From assembly GCA_046563655.1 (NCBI GenBank), contig CM102286.1, forward strand, positions 3,224,001 to 3,288,000: a stretch of 64,000 bases of DNA. Reading direction: 5' to 3'. Every line of letters begins with the position of its first letter. The stretch's first letter is position 1. Positions 12,716 through 26,242 of the stretch are shown here, piece after piece. The position numbers were made by a program, and so were the translations under genes. Source of the DNA: Yuukianura sp. NJ FZ-2021 (taxonomy: Eukaryota). Below the pieces are notes generated by a model that was given only the letters and a program-made list of their open reading frames with translations, searched no databases and was not told the DNA's origin.

Positions 12716-15700
12716 TCACGCTGCTCTTTCTCCAGGAGGTCTCTGCCAATCCGGATCATCATCGCCGTCCGATTCTTCTCCGCAGTCCATCAGCTCACAC
12801 TCCCCGTCATCGGGGTCATTGCTTTTCAAACTAAAAGATTTTCTGTCCCGACCTGACCTGGACTTGGACAGAGTTCTGCTCAGTACATTTGCAGGAGTTG
12901 AGGCCTGCACAGTTATAGGTGAAACTCGCTGGCTAACTTCTGGCTGAACTTCTTCCTCTGCTGGCATTTCCTTTGTCATAGTTTCATACTCCTCATCCGT
13001 CAGTGGAAAATGTCTGGGCTCAAACGGCGTTCCCCAAGGACTCTGCTGCAAGTAAAAGTCAAATCAAGTTAAATGCTTTCGGAAATTAAAAAAAAAATTA
13101 AACCAAAATATTCTTGTGCTTTGGACTTACAGATTCACTGTCCATGCGCTCCTCGGCATCTTGTGATGTTGCCGAAATTGTTCGTGTACGCTTTGACCCA
13201 GCAGTATGTGATTCTGCTCCATCTTCTCCAGCTTCTACAGGAGATGGTGGCTCAGTATTACTTGCATCTGGCACGTCAATAGTACTGGGAGTAGGCAACT
13301 CCTCCGAATCTAGAAAATCAACATCAGTATTTAGTTGCAAGTCTAAGATGCTCCACTAAGCAATTTAGTTTGAATTTTTTATAATTTTCGGTACTGTTTG
13401 CAGGCAGTAGTTCCAAACTCTCAGTGCGAGAATCCAAACGGCGTGTTCCACGTCGGGAAGTACTCTTATCAGGAATACTGTGGAATCGCTTGTGTTCATC
13501 CACTTCGCAGCGATCATGACGAATCTTTATGATGTCTTCATTCAAATCTGTTTGTAGTTCATTCTCTCCGTCAGATGACAGAGCTTCATCCGGAGGAGAA
13601 ATCCTTTCCGGATTCAAATCAGAAACCACGCGCCAACTAAAATATGAAAAGATGTTAAATTAATTAGTTAATAGTTTTCGATATTCCAAAAGCAACACAG
13701 CGCCTTGAATTGCTGATTACCTTGGAGTTAAAATCTCTTTGTATTCAATCTTCTCCACCCGAGTTGAAGAGGCAATGCTGTACGGAATGACAATATTGTC
13801 GATGTCGTAATCTTGATTCAATTTCCGCCTGAAACAAAAAATAACGTTTGAATTAAATCTTTTTCTAAAAAACGAGTTCAGTGAAAAGAAAACCTTTTCG
13901 AACGGACTGATCCGCCAACTGACATTTCCGTTGACATTATAATAACGATTGACTGGAATTCGAAACTACTTTCAAATTCGTTTTGAGTCTCTATCAAACG
14001 CTAAGTTTTCACAACAGTGATCTTTGATTATGATTAAAAAAAATTAATCAAAGTTTACCCAGATTGTGACAGGCGTTTGTCGGACTTGTTGCCAGGAAAA
14101 CCGTCGTAATCTTCAAAATTTTGAAATTCAGCGTCATAAAAACCGTCTTCATCCGAGAGACCGCTATCTCTGTCTCGTCGTCTGGGCAAGCCTTTGACAC
14201 ATGAAATTGAATTGTACTTCTTTCGTCGAATTTTAATCGCTCTACGGATTCCCCCAATGTCTCCTCCATAAGATGCTCGGCGGCTAATGGGATTTCTCCG
14301 TTCTGAATTTAAAACGCAAATTCAATTTAATGTTATGTAATCCTCCACTTGATGAATAAGGCTTACCTTTATTGCGCCAGTTCGCGCGCTTGTTGACCAC
14401 GACGCTGTCAACTTGGGTGGTAGATGGTTTGGGATGCTTGATGATTACTTGTCCAAATTGATCAACTCCTCTGGGTAAACGGGGACGTCCTCTCGGTCTC
14501 TTTTTCAATCCAAATTCATCCAGAGCCCCTCGAATCCATTGCGATCTTGGACGTTCCCAGCCTAACGACAATCGTTTGAACTTCGATTTCTTCCGAACGG
14601 GAAGTCCTGTCCATCCTTCACGTTTGAGAGCTGATTCAATCAATGTCGCAATTGGAGTTTCTGCAATAAACGTTCAACATTTTTAATAAGCACAAATAAT
14701 CTTAAGGTACCATTGACGCATCAAGTCTCCTAATAAGCGTACCGTAAGTTCAACTTCAAACGTATGAAAAACGTTTTGTTACTTACCATCTGGAAGGCTT
14801 AGCTTTCGATGATAGTTGTGATCCAACAGTTCATGAACTTCCTTTTGGTCCATCACTTCCACATCAATTGCCTTCGTCTTCCGAGCCCGTCCGCTGCAAA
14901 CGGCACACAATTCAGTCCGTCCGAAACATGTACAGAGAAGTGTTGGAGCCCGACCGGCGAAGCTAGACATGTTATGTATCCCGCCAAGCTGATAAATTTT
15001 TCGTTGTTTGTAGGGCTTCAATGGCATACATCTTCGGGCAGTACACGAAGGGTCATGGTTGATTTGTATTGTCAGGCCAAGCGACTCCAGCCCGCCACCT
15101 ACGATACTGTTTCCTTGCCTGGAACAAAAAGGAAATCACCGAATTAACAATTAGAAGGAGTCAAGCAAAACAGAAGAAAAAAACAAGGAGTGAGAGGATA
15201 ACGGAACAAAATCTGCAAAAATCGATCTGCGAAGGAAGCAAAAATCGAAGCAGTGTGATTTGGGGAGTTTACATGTCTTGTGGAGTTGCATTAGAAGTTG
15301 GTTTTGTATCTCCACTTGGAACCTTCTGGGGGATGTACTACTAGTAGATGATGATGGTGGAGGCATCAACTGGATGGCCTTCCCTGTGATGTAAGGTGAT
15401 TTCCTTTCTCCGGAATAAAATACCTGAGTGCTCCTTATAACCAATAAGAGACGAAGCCCATTTTCAGTTTCAGACTAACTTCCGTTTTGTACAATCTGTA
15501 CTACAATTAACATAACTTACGTGGGGGGTACTTGAAAATTGTTGGTTGCAGTGAAGATTTGGATAGAAGCGTCCTTAAGGGCTGCGTTGGAAGGGGGTCG
15601 GTTTGGTGGTAGTCGATGTACACTTTGGGCCGGTTGTTCATCAAATTGAAAAGGTGGTTTAGCATTCATCAAGTGTCTATAAAATGTAAAAAATCTCAAC

Positions 15701-16500
15701 ATCCAGTCAAACATGGACATCAAAAGTTTTCGTGCTTACTTCAGAAATTCGTCTTGTTGTTTTATCTTGTGGGATAAATTAGAAATCGCATCCTGTAACC
15801 ATGTCCATACTGCTATTATCTTAGCTCGATCTTCGGCGAATTTGTATGCAGGGTTTTCTTTCCTAAAATGCAATCAGCCTTGTATTGTTTCAAGTCGAAC
15901 TTAAAATAGCGATAAAACAAACTTACACGGGCAAGTAATGCGTTACCCGCTTCGGTGTTCCGTCCGCTTCCTCCTGGATGTACATAGTTTCGTCACAACT
16001 GGAGTCTCCAGAGCTGGATTCAGTCTCATCCAAATCCACATTTCCGATGGCTGTCTGGCGTAGTAACGACTGAAAGCTTGCATTGACGTGGTTTATTTCC
16101 GCTATATCTGGCATCTTCCATAACGGAGTATCATATAAAGGATTCCGTTTTTTCTTCGGCTTTGGAGGAACAGTTGACCCATTCCCCCGTTCGGAGTCTC
16201 CGTAGCATGTGATCCTAACGATGATGTTGATGAACGCGCTACATCAAGACGGGTATCTGGTTCATTCCTGATATATGAACTCCCATGCCCCTTTCTTCCA
16301 GCTTGACCTAACCCGAACTTCTTTGCCGGTTGCTTCAACAATAACTTCAGCTGTTCTTGAGTATGTGATTGTAGAAGATCAATTTGAATTCTAGATAATC
16401 GATTCAAAATTGACTTGCAACGATTTTCTTGTTTGTCCGTGTACTCCCTCACTTCCTTCGCTTCTGACTTATAACCTTGTGTTTGACTCTTGCTATTCAT
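12716..16500 (-). CDS. KANSL1: KAT8 regulatory NSL complex subunit 1 (NSL1/KANSL1), multi-exon
   Basis: [33 protein letters not shown]-like [39 protein letters not shown] region [22 protein letters not shown]. The 5' end is uncertain. Confidence 0.88.
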
Positions 16501-17378
16501 GTCTAACTCTAAAAGAAAACAAGTTGTTAAATGAATCCATTAGTTTAAAGTTAATTATACGTCCTGTGGATTAATACTACATAAGTTAAAATTCTAACCT
16601 TAGCCTTGCTTCGTTTATCCAAAAAATAGTCCTCCTCTTCCAAGCCTCGCTATTATTACCACTGAGAAGAGCCTTGGGCCTGTAATAAACATATATGTAT
16701 ATCTTATACTTATCGGTTAATTTTTTAAATTTAATTAATTAATTCCTTTGCAACGATCATCGTCCTTTTTTTAACTTTACTTTGTTATTTTGTGTTTCTT
16801 GTTTTCTGCTGATTTTTTTTGTTGCTGTTTTTTCAGGCAGAATTTGCTTGCCTGCTAGCCTGCTTTCATTTCAAACTTTCGAATTCCCGCCACAGCATCA
16901 TCAACACTAAAATATATAGTATGTAGTATGATTGTCATAAAACTTATTTGCACACTTCTCCACCAAAGATTTTATACACTTATTAACGGGAAAAATGAGA
17001 AGTAGCAATTAATTAATTGTTGTTAGCTAATTAATTACTTATATTACCACATAATGTTTGGGTTGAATCATATATGTGGGTATTGTCAACTATGTTCGGA
17101 TTCGAAAGCACCGAAAAAATTTTTAGTTTTGATTCCCGTGTTTCTTGGTCACATGACAACGGAGGGAGGTGGAGAAGGTCATTGACCTCTTTGTTTCTTT
17201 TCTTTCTCTCTTCTTTTGCTCCCTTCAGTTCATCTTCAGCTGCCGGCGAGTGAGGACGTCTTTCGTCGCGTCTCTTCCAAATTCCAAATTCAACTCGGAC
17301 GGTGTCAAGACAAGTCGGCCTTCTTGGTCACTCGGAAATCATCTTGTGTCAGTAATCTCGTACCTTTAGAGTCCAAGA

Positions 17379-18186
17379 ATGTGCGGAGGAAGTAATAACT
17401 GTGGTGGAAACAACTCATCCCGAAGTCAGGAGCCCAAAGGCTGTGGGGCATGTCAACTGTGCTGCGTAAGTTCATTGACCTTTCTAATTCCTACTGCAAT
17501 ATACGCTTGACATTTCTTGCTTGTTAACAGCCATGCATGAGGCCTGTCTGCTGCAGTCCACCGTGTGGTATGGCTTGCTGTCCTTCTAGCTGTGGAATTG
17601 GCGGATCATCGTCGTCTTCTGGTGGATCATCCTCGTCGTCTTGCGGTGGCTCATCCTCAGCCCGTCGCTCGTCATCCTGCTGCTGTTGTGTAAGTTATTC
17701 TTCAGCGTTAAACAAGAAACGTCAAAGGATATGCATGTACCGATTAATTCTTAACGATGTGTTGCTTCCAGCCAATGCCGTTTCCTTGCTGCAATCCGTG
17801 TATGCCCTGCTGTCCACCGATCGGCTTCTCTTGCTCGGTAAAAGGATTGCCCTTACTACAGTTCATTACGTTGCTGTCGCGATAACATAATCTTGTGAAT
17901 TCATTGTTTTTAGACAAAAGGTCCTTGCCCAACTGCTTGTTGTGGAGCCAAATGCAATCAGAACGTGACATGCTGCCCGAAGCCAACAATCCAACCTATC
18001 CAAATCTGGGGATGTACTCCGCATGGCTGTTGCAACACTTCAGAAGCCGATAGCGTTAAACCACGAGGAGGTGGAGGTAAATATTTGCGAATATTCAACA
18101 GAAACTATCATTCTTCATCTTCGGTTGAGTTGTTTTGCTGAATTTGCTCTAATAATTATTATTTCCTGTTAGGCTTCTGCTGCTGA
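17379..18186 (+). CDS. Small Cys/Pro/Gly/Ser-rich protein, 162 aa, 5 exons, unknown function
   Basis: Exons 17379-17465, 17531-17689, 17772-17837, 17914-18076 and 18173-18186 are joined by GT-AG introns into one open frame with 35 Cys, ending GFCC*. Confidence 0.8.
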
Positions 18187-19254
18187 TTGATTGATCCAGG
18201 TTAACTTCCGGACGTCGTCGCAACTCGCAAGGAACACTCACGCTCCAGCAGCAAGGACTCAATAACGTTCCCATTGACTTTCATCGACTGTCGTTTTCTA
18301 AAGTCGCGCAGTAAATTCATATTCTGACGTCACCATTCTATATTATAATTAATTATTATTAATATATTCTTCTATTAATCTGAGGAGGTAGTATCATTCT
18401 GAGGAATTATTATTATCATATTTATTTACCAACGTCCATGAATTCATAACGCGGTATGGGAAAAAGTGGCTATCCTGCCTAATCCTAAGAATAGTAATGT
18501 TTACAAGACCTAACCATGGATTCCGAGGAATAGTCACTCCATTTAACACCGTATTCTGAATTCAATATCGTTATTTACCATTAAACTTCGGCGAATAAGA
18601 AATTGAATTTTTAGTGTTAATCTTCAAATTATATAATAAGAATAAAAGGAAAAAATGAAACTATAGAAATTATAAAATTTATAAAAACTATAAACCATAA
18701 AATTATAAAAGTGTTTCTTGTAGGTGTCCAACTCCGTTGGGCAATGGAAGAGAGGCTACAAAGAAACTTATTGTCAAACCACTAAAATTACTTTTAACAA
18801 TGAAAGAGGGAATCCTCATGCGTCAGACCATAACAAATACTAATGCAGAAGTTTAGGAAGTTTGTTTTGATTGATTGACTTGTTTAATTCAAGTTAGGAC
18901 TTCAAATTGGGGATAACTGGAGTCAGCATTGGATAAGTCATCAGCCATTCTCTAATTACTATTCCTCTCATTAGCATCAGAACAGAAAGGTAATAAGAAA
19001 ATGAAAAATTATTTTGATTATTGGATTGGAATTTACTTTACACGGCCAGAAAGAAACGTTTTTTTTTAAAAATTAAATTGTCCCCAAACAGAGCTATAGG
19101 ATTTACTCATGCCTTAAACGACTACGACTCTGTCGGTTTTGATTATGAAAATCTTCGAGGCCTTCGATTGTGAAATCTTAATGGCTCCTATAAAAAAATA
19201 TATAAGTCCTAAAATTTTATATGTTTGCAGGAACTGTCTTCTCTTCATCTAAAA

Positions 19255-21442
19255 ATGATCTCGGATGAAGAAGGGGACGAGAGCGGTGAATTTGAGCTTG
19301 ACGACGAAGACATGCTGTTGGAGGATTCCTTGCTGCTGACTCGCAAATGTGATTGCTGCTCAAATACGATTAAAGACGGAGACCATGAACGTGATGTGAC
19401 CGTGACCCCATCAAAGACTCGAAATAGAAGACCAATTCATTCCATGGTCTCAGACTCCTTTTCAGTTCCAAAAGGAACTCTTGCAGAAGAGGATTTCTTT
19501 TGTTGCTCCTCATGTACAAATGTCGTAGCTGATGTGGCCAAAGCGGTTGGAGCACTAAAGGACAAGATGGCGAAAACAAGCAATATTCATTCTTTTTTTC
19601 AGACGTTTCAAATGCATATGGCCAAGTTCCCGGATTCAAGGTCTGCACATTCACCTCTAGAAACTCCAGACCAACCGAAATTAGCACCAATTGTTCTCGA
19701 CGTTTCACCAAAGTCTACACCGAAAACGAATCTAATGAATCCAATTAGAAAGAAACCAAACGGCGATGGTGAAATATTGCTGCCAACTTACATTATAGCT
19801 CCAATCGTCTCCGTTGGCGGCGGTTTGCCTATGAAAAGTCGTGGCTCTGCGCAAGTGAATTCAACCAGCGACAGACCCCATTCAAACGTGAATAACTCAT
19901 CGCTCACACCATCAATCAAAGCCAATATTTCGGGAAATCACAGGGATATCGGTGGAATGACTTATGCTGATGCGATACTTACCTCGGAAGAGAAGCAAAC
20001 GTATCGCAAGACACAAAATACCTCATCGAGAGTTAGAGTAGACTGCCCTGCACCATACTGCGGAAAATTTTTCACTGGACAAATCTTGACGAACGCCGAA
20101 GCATTGTTGAACAAACACATGAAGATGTTTCATCAAACGTTTGTCTGTTGTCACTTCTGCGACAAGAAAGTCTACGGCCTGGAAGAAACCATGGCTCGTC
20201 AATTGCTCCAGCAGCACTTAAAAGATGTACACGAAAAAGAGCCTGCTATTCCCAACGATGAAGAAGCCCAAGTCTTTCCTTTGGGGGCAAAGATCTTCAC
20301 TTACAACTGCAAATTTTGTCCAAGGAAGGTCCATTGTTCAGAAGCAAAAAATAACAATCGTTTAGCTTTTAAGAGACTGATCCGCCAGCACCGTGTAAAG
20401 GAACATGGCGTTTCACGGCAATGTAAATATTGCAAATATGTAGCCCAAGGAACACCAGAAACTATTCAGGAACGGATGGACAAGCATGTTAACCTTCGGC
20501 ATGAAAATCGAAAAGAATTCTTTTGCAGAATTTGTCAAAAGCCAATCCTTCACAGCGGTTACATTAGGAGACATGAATTCAGTCACTTTAGCCAAGAAGA
20601 CAAAGAAGCTGCAGCAGAAAAAGATCCGTCAATACAAACCAAAATACTCTGCCCTACTTGTGGCGTAGTCCTTAAAGGATATTACACCAACAGCAAATGT
20701 AAGAATGTAACTTTTCCCTTAAATAGTTGCTGCCCCCCGCGAATACAAACTTTGTACTATTTTTTTCATACCGGTAGCACCGAGTTTAGTTGTGGGGGCA
20801 GCAACTGTTGAAACAAGTTAATTTACTAAGTAAAGTGCTAATTTTATTGATTACTCTCAGGAAAATTAATTCCTCTTCGTCTTATTACTTATAGTACTGT
20901 TGCAGTCTCATATGAAGAAAGTACATCCAACGTCGGAGGAGATGACCCAAGAAAAGCCCGTATACAAGCGACTAACGTGTGACCAATGTGATTACACCTC
21001 ATCCGATACAAGATTATTAGCACGACACAAGTTATGGCGTCACGTTCAAGTCGATTCACCGTATTTCAAGTACACTTGCAAAAAATGTGGACTTGGTTTC
21101 CTGCCTGGAAAGGGAAATGAGTTTAAGGAACACACCATGGTGTGCTGCGACGAAGCAGAACGACCAGTCCTATGTACCGAACCGGATTGTGCCAGGAGAT
21201 TTAAATTTAAGCAGAATCTAATGGTACACCTCATTGGGTTTCACAAACAAACGCCGGAAGCTGCCCGGGCATGTCTGTATCCAGGACTCCCTATACGTGA
21301 CTGGATTCAAAACATAACGACGAGAGTACCGAAGCGGAAGAAAATGGCAGCACAATCAGAAGTTAACCTGGAAGACGGAGGATCGCCGCAAGGGAAAACA
21401 AAGATTTCACGAATCCAATTGAACAACTCGATTAAGAAGTGA
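19255..21442 (+). CDS. C2H2 zinc-finger protein with ZAD-like N-terminus, paralogue 1
   Basis: Exons 19255-20698 and 20895-21442; N-terminal CxxC...CxxC plus helix, then multiple C2H2 fingers. Confidence 0.9.
20725..20806. repeat. Short inverted repeat/hairpin in the ZF1 intron (possible MITE remnant)
   Basis: agttgctgccccc...gggggcagcaact, 13-bp perfect arms; absent from the paralogous introns. Confidence 0.6.
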
Positions 21443-22112
21443 ACATTTTGCATATTTTTAGTGAAACCGCAGTGTTTTATAGTAATCTGGTAATCATTTA
21501 GTACAAATTTTAAACTGTACTTCTGTAATTCATCCCAACGATACCTCTGGAAACTATTTATATCTTTTACGCTCACGCCCAGTCCTAGGTAATTAAAAAT
21601 ATTTATAAAACTGAAACGAATTGCAAACATCCGTGATTCCAAAAATCGTTGTTCGATGCAATAGTAATTTGACGAGCATGAATTTAGAACTTGGTTAGAA
21701 CGAGGTATAGGTTGGGGTGACTATTTCTCAGAATTCTAGGTTAGGTTTCGTAAGCGTCACAATTCCGAGGATTAGACACATTTTCCCATATCGCGGTTAT
21801 GCCAAAATCTGATTTCCTTGACATAGCAATTTGTACTTGTTTAATTTATTAGCAGGAAAGTAATTATTTTTTATCACGCAGCAAGTAATTCAGCTTTCAG
21901 TGTTAATTTTTTCTTTATATTACATACAAGGATCAAAAATTGAAATAAAAAAAAGTTTAGAAGTTGTAACTATAAAAAGTGAAATTATAAAAGTGGTTTG
22001 TGAATATTTTTCCAACTCTGTTGAATTGGAGCAGAGGTTACTGATATGAGATAAAGTTTGGCCAACGGCCATCTTAAGTTTATTTCCAAACAATTTTGGA
22101 AGATTAGATAAG

Positions 22113-22390
22113 AATAGGGTCTGGCTAAACGTAGGATGTCGTACTCGTCGGATTCCTCGCATTTGTATAAGTGCCTTCTATTCTATCAGGATGGATTCCT
22201 GGGATTGGTTATCTCGAACTCCTCGCATTTTTAAAAACTCAATCGCTTGATTTCAACTCGTATTTCAATGGTTAACTTTGGTTACGTTTTTACCAAACCA
22301 AAGTGCTCCTTATTAGAGGCCGCGGATTGACAGTGTGCACCCCTCATAAAAATCCGAGGAGTCCGAAATCCGACCTTTAGGCAGATCTTA
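22113..22390. mobile_element. Degenerate MITE-like insertion upstream of ZF2
   Basis: Imperfect ~40-bp terminal inverted repeats (tagggtctggctaaacgtaggat.../...atccgacctttaggcagatctta); absent from the homologous ZF1 upstream region. Confidence 0.5.
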
Positions 22391-22825
22391 AAAACAATAA
22401 TAACAAGGGATGAAGAAGTGACGTTTGTTTTGATTGTTAAATTGAAAACAAGTTGGGCTATGAGAACCGGAGTCCATTTTTTGGATAAAAGTCATCAACC
22501 ATTCCGGCTTCCGCGTAATTACTAATCCTTTCATTAGGAGGACCAGAACAGAAACGTAAGAAAAAGTATTTCGTAGTTAGGTACTATGCATATTATAAAC
22601 TAGTACACGACGTAGAAACTTGTATGGTCCACAAGCGATTTGATAAGGGTCGCACTGCCGCTGCGACAGTAGGGCACATGCACATGGTCCACTTAAGATG
22701 AGATTGCGATTACAACTCCTGCTGGTTTTGATTAAGTAGCCATTTCGTTGCAAATTAATTCTTATCGTTCCACACATTCGATATTTGTTTCCAGGAATTA
22801 CGGTCTTCCCGTTCGTCACACAAAA

Positions 22826-25342
22826 ATGATTTCGGAGGAAGATACGGATGATAGCGATGAATTCGAGGTTGAGGGCGACAAAGAGATGCTCTTGGAGGAT
22901 CCATTGAGACTTACTCGGAAATGTGCTTGCTGCTCAAATACGATGAAAGACGGAGACCAGGATTTAGTGACCCCATCCAAGACTCGAAATAGGAAACCAA
23001 TTCATTCTATGATCTCAGACTCCTTTTCTGTTCCAAACGGAGCTCTTGCCGAAGCGGATTTTTTATGCTGTTTGTCATGTTCGACTGTCATAACTAATAT
23101 GACCAGAGGGGTTCAAGCACTAAAAAACAGGATGGCGGACAAAAGTATTATTCACTCGTTCTTTCAAACGTTTCAGGTACATATGACCAATTTTTCAAAT
23201 TCAAGGTCTAGACTTTCACTGCCCGAAACACCAGAGCAATCCACATTATCACCAATCGTTCTTGATGTTTCATCAAAGTCGGCGCCGAAAACGTACAGAA
23301 TGAAGCCAAGTAAGAAGCAACCCAATCGTAGTTCTGAAACACTGCTGCCAACAGATAATATCACCCCGTGCGTATCCGTCGCTGCTTTGCCTATGAAGAA
23401 TCGAGTCAACACCCAAATCACCTTTAGCACGGACAACTCACATTCAACCATCCCTTCATCTCTGACACGAACAATTGGAACAGGGATTTTGATGGATCAC
23501 CGTGATGTGGATATGGGTGAAATGGCTTATCCAGATGCTGTACTTACAGAGGAAGAGAAGCTGGCATATAGGAAGACACAAAATATTACTAGAGTTATAG
23601 ACTGCCCTGCACCATACTGTGGACAAGTCTTCACCGGACAACTTTTGGCCGAGGCCGATGGATTGTTGGATAGACACATGACGATGTTTCACCCAACGTT
23701 TGTATGTTGTCATTTTTGCGACACGAAAGTCTACGGCCTGCGAGAAACCATGGCCCGCCAACTACTACAGAGGCATTTAAAAGACCAACATGAAGGAGAG
23801 CCTGTCGTCCCCGAAAATGAAGAAGCTCAAGCTTTTCCTTTGGGAACAAAGATCTTTACTTACAACTGCAAATTTTGTCCGAGAAAAGTGCATGGTTCGA
23901 AAGAGGAAGATAGAAATCGTACAATTTTAAATACAATGATTTATAAGCACCGCGTAAAGGAACATGGCGTTTCACTTCAATGTAAATATTGCAAACATGT
24001 AACCAAAGGAACTCCAGGGAATATTCAGCAAAAGATGAACAGGCACGTTAAATTCATACATGAAAACCAAAGTGACTTCCTGTGCAGAATTTGCCAAAAG
24101 CCGTTCACTGAGAACAATTACATTAGGAAGCACGAATTCACTCATTTTAGCCAAGAAGAGAAAGAAGCTGAACTTGAAAAAGATCCGTCAATACAAACCA
24201 CGACACTCTGTCCTACTTGTGGTGTAGTCCTTAAAGGAATTCTCACTACTGAACAAGGTATACGTTCCTCTTAGAAAATACTATAATTGGATTTTTCTTG
24301 TTGCCGAACCTAAGAGTGGGATTCCAGACTAGTGCTCACTTGTCACCCAGTGCACCCATACATAGATGGGCATAAATTAAATAAACTAATTTCATAATTA
24401 CTTTTAAAATTACTTAAAAATCTCCAAATTACTTTTAAAATTATTTAGTAAATTTAAATAAAAATTTTATTAATATGAAATAATTTTTTTAATGTTTTTA
24501 GTGATAGTTTGTAAAGGCGTTTTGATTTTCCAAAAAAAAAACACATTTAAAAAATATTTCATATTAATAAAATTTAATTTAAATTTATTAAATAATTTTG
24601 AAAGTAATTTGGAGATTTTTAAGTAATTTTAAAAGTAATTATGAAATTAGTTTATTTAATTTATGCCCATCTATGTATGGGTGCACTGGGTGACAAGTGA
24701 GCACTAGTCTGGAATCCCACTCTTAGGTTCGGCAACAAGAAAAATCCAATTATAGTAACTGGCTAATGAATTAACATAACTAACCTATTACTCTGTTCAA
24801 TACTAATTATTCGTCGTGTCTTTTTAGTATTGTTGAGTTGTCATATGAAGCAAGTACATCCAAAGCCGGGGGAAAAGAGGCAAGGCGAGCACAGACGACT
24901 AATGTGCGACCAATGTGATTATACCTCATCCCATCCACGATTATTAGCACGACACAAGTTATGGCGTCACGTTCAAGTCGATTCACCATATTTCAAGTAC
25001 ACTTGCAAGCAATGTGGAGTTGGTTTCCTGCCTGGACAGGGAAAGGAGTTTAAGGATCACACCATGGTGTGCTGTGACGAATCAGAACGACCAGTCATTT
25101 GTACCGAACCGGGTTGTGCCAGGAGATTCACAACGAAGCAGAATCTAATGGGACACCTTATTGGGTTCCACAAGCAAACCCCGGAAGCAGCCCGAGCATT
25201 TCTGTATCCAGGACTTCCTGTACGTGACTGGATCCATAAAATTAAAAGAGTACCAAAGCGCAAGAAAATGGCGGAAGGATCACAAGAGGACTATAGTGAG
25301 GAGTGGTTGAAACGAAGTCGAAGCTTCCAGGAATCCAGATGA
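22826..25342 (+). CDS. C2H2 zinc-finger protein with ZAD-like N-terminus, paralogue 2
   Basis: Exons 22826-24257 and 24828-25342; collinear with paralogue 1. Confidence 0.9.
24281..24755. mobile_element. 475-bp foldback MITE with ~210-bp TIRs and a TA target-site duplication, in the ZF2 intron
   Basis: ctataattggatttttcttgttgccgaacc... is mirrored by ...ggttcggcaacaagaaaaatccaattatag; TA at 24279-24280 and 24756-24757. Confidence 0.9.
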
Positions 25343-26017
25343 ACAGCTCGAGGGAGAAATGAAGAATCTTTTTTTATTGTTTAGCGGAAATAGTTGAATA
25401 GTAACTAGCCTGGTAATCTCGGAAATATTTCCTACAAATTTCTAATTGTACATCAAAAATTACACCAATGCATCTAACTCTAGAAACTTTTTTAACGCTC
25501 AAGGCAAGCCATAATTTCGTCACAATATTTCTAAAATAAATTATTGTCATCGAAATTGAATTCCAAAAATCCATACTGGATGTAACGGAAGTATAGCAAT
25601 TTTTATTTAAACAAAAGGAAAACAAAAAACCTTGATACATTAGCACTTTATCGAGTGTATTCCTTACCCATGCGATGCCCCGCCCCACGGGAGACGGGAC
25701 TTACTAAAATTCAAAAACGTTCTCAATGAGTTTTCGAGTAGCGTTAATCAGTAGTTAGCTTAATCAGACATTATACCGTAATTAGAATTATTGTTGAGCT
25801 TTTCATGCTGGAAGCTGGAGGAACTGAGCTTTCAGTATCATACTCTAATTGACGAGTGTTGCTCCCTCGGTCACAATGCTAATAGCATGGCCATGCAAAC
25901 TATATGTGCAAAAAACTCTCTGTGTGGAAGAGTGGAACGATCCTGGGGTGTACCTTTTACATTGCTTCTCCAAGCACAGACTTCCACAAATTCCATCTCA
26001 ACTCAGAAACCAAAAAG

Positions 26018-26242
26018 AGGGGGGGGGGGTTCTGGGGGGGCTTGCCCCCCCAGCCTTTACAATACATTTTCGATTCAACTAGACGGAGACGGAACCCGTG
26101 ATGCATCAATCACGCAATTACCTTTAAGCACTAGGTCATACCTCGGGGCAAACGAAAAAGCTAGCGGATTTTTGACAAAATGTTCAAAATCATCCTTCCT
26201 TTATGTCATCGTGATGTGTAAACATCACGGGTTCCGTCTAGT
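26018..26242. mobile_element. Non-autonomous element remnant (GC hairpin plus CTAG-terminated inverted repeats, Helitron-like)
   Basis: Hairpin ctgggggggcttgcccccccag; actagacgg(agacgg)aacccgtgatg near 26078 is mirrored by catcacgggttccgtctagt near 26223-26242. Confidence 0.5.
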
